A stretch of DNA of 54,497 nucleotides from an uncultured Gammaproteobacteria bacterium (lineage in GTDB: Bacteria; Patescibacteriota; Microgenomatia; Woykebacterales; RBG-16-39-9b). Of this stretch, positions 42,718 through 51,300 are shown one piece after another. Where the stretch lies: contig CAYHXX010000005.1 of assembly GCA_964360785.1 (NCBI GenBank), positions 1 through 54,497 of the forward strand. Reading direction: 5' to 3'. How positions within the stretch are numbered: position 1 is the stretch's first letter; every line of letters starts with the position of its first letter. The position numbers were made by a program, and so were the translations under genes. A model generated the notes under the pieces. That model was not told the DNA's origin. It saw nothing but the letters and a program-made list of their open reading frames with translations, and did no database searches.

Positions 42718-45700
42718 ATGACCAGAACAAGCGTAATAGACAACTTAACTAAGAAACTAATCTTTGCTCTGCTATTTTCGATAGGTTTATTTTTGATTTT
42801 TAGTTTCTTACCCAAAGATGCTCATGCAGTAAATCAAGCTGGTTGGGGTTATTCTATTCCAGTGGGAAGAACCAATGACCCTTCCTGTTTTCCATCAACT
42901 TCCAATAGAACTTGGGTGAAAGTCCTTGTAATAGATGCAGTTACTAAAAATCCTGTGGATGCCACAATTCGTATCGAAGATCCAGGTGGGGCGATATCTG
43001 CTCAAGACAGTGGGACAGATTTCTTGGAAATGCCTTGTGCTGTTACCAGCAACGGTATCTGGCTATCTGTCTGGAATGCTAGTGGTTATCGCGCCTGGGA
43101 CTTGTCGACAAACTTTAATGGTCGATCTAATAATTACAATTTTTGCTGTGGTTTTAAGTTTCTTGATCAATCTGCTGATGATGGTAAGACAGTCACATTT
43201 CAAGTACTACTAGTTCCAAACTCTATCGCTATCCCAACGATTACGGCCACAAGTCCAATTGGAACTTCAACGACTGATCCGGCTCGAACTATAATTACTA
43301 CCACCGGGGTAAATGCGAATGTGGATTTTAATGTCACTACTGGCCCGAGATGTAATTGCGGCTCCGGTAGTTCGATCATAAATAGAGTGTTTTACCTTGA
43401 AAATCTAAATACCGGAGCAGTTACCCTTGAGGATGCGGATGGTTTTGGTGGTAGTTTTGGCTTTGGCGCGAACCTAACCCTCACACGTAATTTGGCTGTG
43501 GGGAGATACCGTTGGTACATGCAAACCCAAGAAAATCGGCGGAACTATGTATTTATTCCAAACACATTGCCAATCACAGCTCAGTTTCCTTGGCAGTATT
43601 TTGAGGTTGTAAGATTACAGCCAAATCTTAATGCAACTGTTAGCAATCCTGGAACAGTAACCGTTGGTTCAACAATAAACTTTACCGGTACGGTTACGAA
43701 CAATGGCAATACAAACACTGGAGTTGGGTTTAATACTCGGTTTTGTATTGACTACGCTAGTTGCTATACGTCTGCTGGAGGTTCTCTCGGACCGAGTAAT
43801 CCTTTTGTAGGAGTATTGAATAATGGTCAAAATGATACAAGAACCAGTAACAATTGGACAGCTACGGTTGGTAGCCATACGATACGTTTTTGTGTTGATG
43901 TTAACGGTCCAAGTGGGGTAGTAGCCGAATCAAATGAAGCTGCTGCAGATAACTGTGGATCGCAGACATTTACGGTAGTTGTTCCACAACCAGATCTGAC
44001 AAGTACTGTGAATGCTTTTACACCAATAACAACAGGTCAGGCTGTAACATTTTCAGCAACTGTTAACAACGTTGGTACGGCTGCTGCAGGGAGCTTTAAT
44101 TCAAGGTTTTGTATAGATGTCTCCCAGGCTACTTGTTACACGACTACGACTGGTCGAGTAGGAGGATCTGATCCAAATATTTCTTCTCTAGCCGTAGGTG
44201 CTAATACTACCGCTTCTGCTCCAGCGACTTGGACTGCGACAGCTGGAGCCCACATTATTCGTTTCTGTGCTGATGTCAATGGACCATCTGGGTCTGTAGT
44301 CGAATCAAACGAAAACAATAACTGCAGTAGTAGGGATTTCAATGTTGTCGCACCAGCCCCTAACTACGTGGTTGACTCAGTAGCTGCAAATGAGCCCCTT
44401 ATCACTGGAAATCCAATCAGTTTCAATGCCGTAGTCAGAAACAATGGTACAGCCAACGCTCCAATTGGTGGGTTTGGAAGATTTTGTATCGATATAACAG
44501 CTGCCAACTGCTATGCAATAGCCAATCCTGCTGGTAGAGTCGGAACCAACCCAAGCTTACCGGCAATAAATGTAGCTTCTACCGCGACAGTAAATTCAAC
44601 TGGTGGTACTTGGAATGCTGTAGCCGGAGGGCACACGGTTACATTTTGTGCTGATATCCAGCTAACAGGTTTCTTGAATGGGAGAGTAGCCGAGTTAACC
44701 GAAGGCAGTGTCGACAATTGTCGAACAGCCACAATAAATGTAGCTGCTGCAAGACCCAACTATGTTGTTACTTCAGTTACGATAATTGAACCAAGTCCAT
44801 ATGTTGTAGGAAGCAACCTCTCATTTAGAGCAGCTGTTGTTAATGCTGGTGAGAAAGATGCACAAAGTGACGAAGCTCAAGGAAGGTTTTGTGTTTTTCC
44901 TGTAGGAGTTTCCGATTCCGATACATGGAGAAATTGTTACACAGACCCTCCGATTGGAGCAGGTGGGACAATTGTCCGCAACGGTCCTGATTTACTTTTT
45001 ATACCTCGCGGGGGCTCAATTATTCCTCGCTCAACTGATGGGTTTGTTCCTCCATCTCTAGTCGGAACTTGGACTGCGGCAGTCGGTAGTCACAGAGCAA
45101 CCTATTGCGCAGATGTAAGAATTGAAGCAGGAGCTTCAGTCTGGGGAGAAGTTCGCGAGACGAACGAAACTGCCCTGATGACACTGGATGAAGCAGCTGA
45201 GTACAATTGTTACACGTGGGATTTTACAGTTTCAGCCGATGCTTCCTGGCTACAGACTCGGTTTGGAGATGTTGGAAGCCACCCAGGTAATATCGGCGAT
45301 TTGGACACGAGTCATGGAAACCCAGGACCGCCAGCAACTGGTGAAAGGTCAGCGGATTATCTAGTAATTTCAGGTAGTGCAATAAATTCAGGTTTAAATA
45401 CTGCCAAATCCTGGTTAGTTCCGAGTTATAGTCTCACCTTGCCTGAAGTGAATAACTATGCTTCGATAAAAAGTAAATTTGGAGCTAATGTGGCTGCAAC
45501 AGCATTTACGGGGGATCTTCCAGGGATAACACCAGTAGGTGGTGTGGTTGTACATAGAGGCAACTTGACCTGGACTGGGGGTTATACAGGCGGTGCATGT
45601 GCTCCTGGTGCACAGCAAGGTAAAGTTGTATTTATTGAGGATGATCCAATTATTCCGGGTTTACAAGCAAGCTTAACATTAGGCAATGGTAGTCAAACTG

Positions 45701-46011
45701 ATTTCACGCCGAACTGTCCCACAGTGATAATTGCGCAAGGTGATATTAATATTCATAGTGCTATAGTTACAATAAACGCATTTTTGATATCCAATGGCAG
45801 ATTTGGTGCTGGTGTTTCTTCCCAGCAGTTGATAATAAACGGTGGTGTTATATCTAGCCTTAATTCACTAATGCGACCACATTTCGATGACCGTGCCTAT
45901 ACTACAGGTGGAGAGCCAGCCGTACGAATCGACTACAGACCAGAATATCTCTGGATCCTTAGAGATTTACTTGGTATTTCAAAATCACAGTACAGTGAGA
46001 CCAATCCCTAA
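42718..46011 (+). CDS. Giant surface protein with four CARDB-like repeats and a conserved C-terminal module
   Basis: 1097 aa with an N-terminal TM/signal. Four ~115-150-aa tandem repeats (about 43618-45214) fit the CARDB pattern (..V.N.G...A..F..RF..........L..G......WTA..G.H.I...D....V.ESNE.NN). Each carries 4 conserved Cys (RFC, CY, FC, NC). Confidence 0.75.
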   Translation: MTRTSVIDNLTKKLIFALLFSIGLFLIFSFLPKDAHAVNQAGWGYSIPVGRTNDPSCFPSTSNRTWVKVLVIDAVTKNPVDATIRIEDPGGAISAQDSGTDFLEMPCAVTSNGIWLSVWNASGYRAWDLSTNFNGRSNNYNFCCGFKFLDQSADDGKTVTFQVLLVPNSIAIPTITATSPIGTSTTDPARTIITTTGVNANVDFNVTTGPRCNCGSGSSIINRVFYLENLNTGAVTLEDADGFGGSFGFGANLTLTRNLAVGRYRWYMQTQENRRNYVFIPNTLPITAQFPWQYFEVVRLQPNLNATVSNPGTVTVGSTINFTGTVTNNGNTNTGVGFNTRFCIDYASCYTSAGGSLGPSNPFVGVLNNGQNDTRTSNNWTATVGSHTIRFCVDVNGPSGVVAESNEAAADNCGSQTFTVVVPQPDLTSTVNAFTPITTGQAVTFSATVNNVGTAAAGSFNSRFCIDVSQATCYTTTTGRVGGSDPNISSLAVGANTTASAPATWTATAGAHIIRFCADVNGPSGSVVESNENNNCSSRDFNVVAPAPNYVVDSVAANEPLITGNPISFNAVVRNNGTANAPIGGFGRFCIDITAANCYAIANPAGRVGTNPSLPAINVASTATVNSTGGTWNAVAGGHTVTFCADIQLTGFLNGRVAELTEGSVDNCRTATINVAAARPNYVVTSVTIIEPSPYVVGSNLSFRAAVVNAGEKDAQSDEAQGRFCVFPVGVSDSDTWRNCYTDPPIGAGGTIVRNGPDLLFIPRGGSIIPRSTDGFVPPSLVGTWTAAVGSHRATYCADVRIEAGASVWGEVRETNETALMTLDEAAEYNCYTWDFTVSADASWLQTRFGDVGSHPGNIGDLDTSHGNPGPPATGERSADYLVISGSAINSGLNTAKSWLVPSYSLTLPEVNNYASIKSKFGANVAATAFTGDLPGITPVGGVVVHRGNLTWTGGYTGGACAPGAQQGKVVFIEDDPIIPGLQASLTLGNGSQTDFTPNCPTVIIAQGDINIHSAIVTINAFLISNGRFGAGVSSQQLIINGGVISSLNSLMRPHFDDRAYTTGGEPAVRIDYRPEYLWILRDLLGISKSQYSETNP

Positions 46012-46065
46012 ACTTCTTTCCCTGACTTAAAATACAATAGCGTTTGTGCTAAAATCTGTGGCCAT

Positions 46066-47196
46066 ATGGCCAAGTCAGTTATCAGTTATCAGAGAACAGA
46101 TAAACAGAAAAAGGTATTGGTAGCCCTTTCTGGTGGGGTGGACTCGGCTGTTTCCGCCGCTCTACTACTTGAGCAAGGTTATACTGTCAGTGGTGCCCAC
46201 ATGGTTTGTTGGGACGAGGGGCCATACTGTACTGCTGACCAAGATCGAGCCGATGCCGCCAAGGTAGCCTCGCATTTGAACATTCCGTTTCAGGTGTTTG
46301 ATTTTCGGGACGAGTACAAGAAACAGGTTATAAATTATTTCTACGAAGAGTACGCCGCTGGCCGGACTCCAAACCCAGATGTTGCCTGTAATCGCGAGAT
46401 TAAGTTTGGGATTTTTCTCAAGCAGGCTCTGGAACTTGGTTACGACTACATTGCCACCGGCCACTACGCGCGTGTGAACAAGTATCAAGTAGCAAGTGTC
46501 ACGTTTCAAGGCGGGAAACAAGAAAAAAGATTACCAATCACCGATTACCAATTACTCGCAGGGCGCGATCCTTCCAAGGATCAATCATATTTCCTCTACA
46601 ATTTAACCCAAGAGCAGCTTGCTCATACTCTATTTCCGGTTGGAGCTTTGCTCAAAACCCAAGTTCGGGAGCTGGCGGCTAGGTTCAAATTGCCAAATGC
46701 TACCAAAAAAGATAGCCAGGGAATCTGTTTTATTGGTAATATCGAGATCGATGAATTCTTGCGTCAAAAGATCAAAACCAGGATCGGCAAGGTTGTCAAC
46801 ACTGCTGGTAGAGTGCTAGGAACACACTCAGGAATCGCTTTTTACACCATTGGCCAGCGTGAAAGACTGGGAATTAGCGAGAAAATTCCCCACTATGTTG
46901 TGGCTAAGCAGGCACGAACCAACACTTTGGTAGTTGCTCCTTTTGGAGACGGCAGTCATTTCCAGCAGGGTTTTTCCGCGGAAAAGGTGAATTGGATCGG
47001 CAAAGTTCCTGCGGTTGAGGAAGAAGTCTCCGTAAGAGTCCGTTATCGCCAGCAACTAGTCAAAGCCACGATAAGTTCAGTAGGAACAAATAATGTCACT
47101 TTGAGCCTCTCAGAGCCGCAGAAAGCTATAACAGCGGGCCAGTCGGTGGTCATCTATCAAGACGACCAGGTTTTGGGTGGGGGAACGATACTCTGA
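46066..47196 (+). CDS. mnmA: tRNA-specific 2-thiouridylase MnmA
   Basis: VLVALSGGVDSAVSA (PP-loop), NPDVACN, ATGHYAR and DSQGICFIG motifs. Confidence 0.92.
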   Translation: MAKSVISYQRTDKQKKVLVALSGGVDSAVSAALLLEQGYTVSGAHMVCWDEGPYCTADQDRADAAKVASHLNIPFQVFDFRDEYKKQVINYFYEEYAAGRTPNPDVACNREIKFGIFLKQALELGYDYIATGHYARVNKYQVASVTFQGGKQEKRLPITDYQLLAGRDPSKDQSYFLYNLTQEQLAHTLFPVGALLKTQVRELAARFKLPNATKKDSQGICFIGNIEIDEFLRQKIKTRIGKVVNTAGRVLGTHSGIAFYTIGQRERLGISEKIPHYVVAKQARTNTLVVAPFGDGSHFQQGFSAEKVNWIGKVPAVEEEVSVRVRYRQQLVKATISSVGTNNVTLSLSEPQKAITAGQSVVIYQDDQVLGGGTIL

Positions 47197-47248
47197 ACAC
47201 CATCTTGCAGTTTTTAGGATACTAAGTTATATTTTTAGATATTAAGAT

Positions 47249-47716
47249 ATGGAAAGTACAATCTCATCGCAACTAGCTACTAATAGCGCAAAAGGTAACG
47301 AAGTAGAACAAATACTGGGATTAAAGTTTTGGTTCGGCACGCCTCTCCAGGTATCGCTAAACCACTGGTCAATCGCAATACTTGCAACACTGAGTACTTT
47401 GGTTTTGGTAGTTGTTCTGACAATTGTGGCTGTAAAGCTGCTCAAAAAGGGTATGAACCCCCTTCAGCAAAAATATCTCACCAAGCTCGCTCTGGTACTA
47501 GCTTTCTTTGGTCCTGTTGGTTGGTTATTTGTCCTCGCACGGATGTTTGGAATCGTTTTCTTCTCGGCCAGGTTTTGGTGGGTAGTTTGGTTTGTGGCAC
47601 TAATTGCGGCAGCAGTTTGGCTCGTACGAGATTACAAAAAGCTACCCGCAAAACAAATCCAATATCAAACCTACCAACTCAAAAAGAGATATTTCCCCAA
47701 GAAGCGCAAGCGCTAA
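47249..47716 (+). CDS. Hypothetical membrane protein
   Basis: 155 aa with 3-4 TM helices and a basic C-terminus. No recognisable motif. Confidence 0.5.
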   Translation: MESTISSQLATNSAKGNEVEQILGLKFWFGTPLQVSLNHWSIAILATLSTLVLVVVLTIVAVKLLKKGMNPLQQKYLTKLALVLAFFGPVGWLFVLARMFGIVFFSARFWWVVWFVALIAAAVWLVRDYKKLPAKQIQYQTYQLKKRYFPKKRKR

Positions 47717-47764
47717 GTAGTATTGCATTGAACTCAGTCTTCATTTGCTATATAATCTTTGTAG

Positions 47765-48313
47765 ATGAGCTTGCCCAAAGTTTCGACTAATTCTAGTTTT
47801 CTCAAACCTCAAAAACTCGAAAGCCTTCTTCTACCCGGGATGGTTGTATTCATTCTTTGTACGATTCTGATAGCAGCCTTTCTAATCCCCAAACAAAATC
47901 AAGAACAAAAACAAAAAGATAGGGATACCGCGCTCTTTACGGCTTCAAATAAAGTAAAAGTGCACGCAGGTAAAACGCTCGAAGTTGCCCCTTTTGTAAA
48001 ACAAATTCCCCCAGAGACTTTAGATTCGGCAATTAGTTCCAAGGAAGATATCGTCATAATCCAAGTCTTTGAAGATGGTAGGGAAATAAACCAGCCTCAT
48101 ATCGAGGGTAGCCAGTTTATTCTGAGCTCTGAGTTTGACCACGCGCTAAATCTAGATAAAGAAAAAAACTATTACTATGTCTCAACTGATGGGTACGAAA
48201 GTGCCAAAGCGATATCCAAAGTTGTGAATTTTGGATTTTCCAGAGATAAACACGTGAACCTGGAAGGTGGTTTAAAAGCTTGGAAAGAAAAAGGGTACAA
48301 ACTTGAGATTTAA
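47765..48313 (+). CDS. Membrane-anchored rhodanese-like domain protein
   Basis: N-terminal TM helix. The C-terminal part ends in LEGGLKAWKEKGYKLE, typical of rhodanese-fold domains. No obvious active-site Cys loop was seen. Confidence 0.5.
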   Translation: MSLPKVSTNSSFLKPQKLESLLLPGMVVFILCTILIAAFLIPKQNQEQKQKDRDTALFTASNKVKVHAGKTLEVAPFVKQIPPETLDSAISSKEDIVIIQVFEDGREINQPHIEGSQFILSSEFDHALNLDKEKNYYYVSTDGYESAKAISKVVNFGFSRDKHVNLEGGLKAWKEKGYKLEI

Positions 48314-51300
48314 AGACTTTCTGAATCTAAAATCAAAAAGTTTGCTAGGAGGTGGGGTATTTCTTTCAGTTGCGTTAGCTTTAGTTCTGCTTTTCACGCA
48401 AATAATAGCACCAAAAGAGGTTGCCAAAGGTGATGTTGATGCCAGTAATACTGACAATGTCTGGGCTGGAACACTGGGGCCTGCGGCTGTGGGATCAGCC
48501 AGCTCTGATATTGATCTTGTTTCCAATGTGACTATTACGGCGGATCCTATTAATCCAGGAGTCTATAAAGCTGGGTTAAGTGTTGGCCAGACAACTGGGT
48601 ACATCAGATCAAAGGTTATTGATATATCACCAAGTATCGCGGCCTTACCGGGTAGTTCGTTAAAAAATTGGGCGGAGCTAAGTCTTGGAATTGCGCGCCC
48701 AGTTGGTACGACAACCAGTTTTACCGTGGATGTGTTGTGTGGTAGCTCGTCGACTGAGGGTTGTATCCTCAATCAGCCTTTACCTTTATTATCAAACGTC
48801 CCACTGACTGATGATCAGTATACACTGCCAGCAAGTTTAAACTCAAAAACTAAAATAAAAATCCAAGTAAATTTTACTCGACCTGACACGGTCAATCCAA
48901 TCACAACTCTGTACAGTTGGCAGGTTCAATGGGAACTAAACAATGGTGTGAGTTTGGCCATATCCAAATCTTCAGGAAACCCCACCCCAAATACCGCAAA
49001 CCCACAACTTCTCAACGGATCCTCACCTGGGGTCAATAATTACAATCAAGTTGCTTATCAAGCGAGTTACTCCTTGAATCGAAGTGTTCAGAATCTCAAA
49101 ATAGAAATCCCTTTTCCCACAGGTTCGTATTCACCCATTACCGGATCGACAAAAACCTATGGGGTCACTTATGTAGGTTCTAGTGGTAGTAACACTTGTT
49201 TTAATAGCAGCGGTGGGACTGTTGCTTGTACGAGCGCCAATGCCGTTAAGACCGTTTTTAACCTTGGCGACAAAGATTATCCACCTGCCAATGTGGGGTC
49301 TGTTACTGTAACCTTCAAGATTAATTCCGGACCTCCGGATGATGTAATTTTCAGAACTAGACCAAAAATTTCCGGTGATGACTACCCAGCCCAGACACTG
49401 CCAGATGACGTCCTGAATATCGAATCTTGGGCTTTTGCAGGATCAACTATAATTGCGCCTGAATACATAGCAGCAAATCTCGATTTTTACTTTATTATGG
49501 AAATGGGTGTAGCAAGCGGTCTTTTCCAAAGTGATCTGTTCAATGCAAGCTACGTCCTAGATTATTCTGCCACAACTTGTTTTAGTAACACCATTGCACC
49601 AGTACCGATTGGTAGTGGTGCAAGCTTGGTAAGTGTTGACACTTCAGGTAGAAAAGTTACTTTTAATTTCACCTCACCAATGACAAATACTACATCTAAC
49701 CTGCGGTATGGTGTCAGACTTCGGGCAAACGGTACCTGTAGCGCTGCGGCAGGGATCCCGACAACTTTTACTATCTCTTCCGAACAAAACAGTACGTTTG
49801 TGGGGTCCAGAATTACAAATGCAACCTATAATGGTGGTACATATCCTAAGTTTGATAGCTCTAGCATTAGAAGGTTTGACCTTGGACTGGATGGGCCGCC
49901 AAGTCTCGTAGGTGCCGGGCAGTTGATCGGTTACAACTTACGTTTATGGCAGAGGACAAGTTTTCCAACAGCCGACTTTTGGGCTTTGTACAAGGTCCCA
50001 AGCAATACGACTTTTGTGGCAGCCAATGTTGCTTTTGGGGAGCTACAGAAACTCAGTGCCTTCACTAATAATTGGCGGATTTACTATAGCACCAGCACAA
50101 GCGATCCGCCTTCACGAAGTAGCGGTTGGACAGAATTAACGAACGGAAATCCGATAACAGGTAGTAAACCTCCCTGCGCCGGGCCTTATGGTTGTATTGC
50201 AAACCCCGCACCAGCCCAGAAAATTACCTGGATAAAATGGGAACTTGGCGGAACTGCCCTCAACTGGGACAGACAGATGAACTTTGATCCTCCGATGGGC
50301 CAGGTTTCGTTGGTAACTGATAATAACGCCAGTGGGACCATCGTTAGTAAGGCCTATTCATATAGTGGTAGTACTTGTTCAATTCATTTCGACCCTGCGG
50401 GCAACACTGCTTGTCCAATTACCCACACAATCAATGTTGACAACAGTCCCTATTTCAATGTAACGCAAACACCTTGTCTGAACGAGTGGGCAACTGATCA
50501 GTATTCTGGTTGCGGTTCAATTACAGCTCCTTCGGGTGGATCCTACTATACAAAGGTTACTGTTTGGAATGGCCACGAGAGTGGACCAATTACAAGGGGT
50601 GATGCAACCAATGTGACTGTCGCAGTAAGACTCCCTGATAGGCAATATCTTAACCCAGTAACCCCAATCGATCTTTCGGCCGCTGACACCCCTCACGCGC
50701 GGTGTACGACCTTGGTAAATCTGTGGGATACAAACTGTCCACTTGCTTCAGGAGTCAATCAAAATCCCGCCCCATGGTTAAACCCCTCTGCAATAAAATG
50801 CTCCTCTGCAACCGGACCTTCTTGTTCAGTGGAGTGGCAAATTCCAATTATCTACGCGGTCAGTAAATTTCCGACAACTTTACCGGATACTTATACTTTT
50901 CATATTAGGCTAAATGTGCGCTCTGGTCTGATCGACCAAACCAAGATTTGTGAAAATGGGATCGGTCCTTGCAACATTGATATCTTAGCTAGTACGCCTA
51001 CTGAGAGCAATACAAACTTAGCAAAACCAATTACCAGCACGGTGAAAGCAGGATCAAACCCAAACCTAACGGTTCAAAAAGAACTACCAACAGGTTACAC
51101 AAGTCCGATAACTTACGGTACGGGGACTCATTTTCGAATCAACTATCGCAATCTAACACCTTCGACTGGAGCAGTAACGTCAGTCACGATTATTGACCGC
51201 TTACCAATCAATGACACGGTACAACCTGCAGCTAGGCTCAATCTTGACCCAGCTTATCTACCAAACAACCCTTCTGCTATCCCCAGTCCTAATAACGTAG

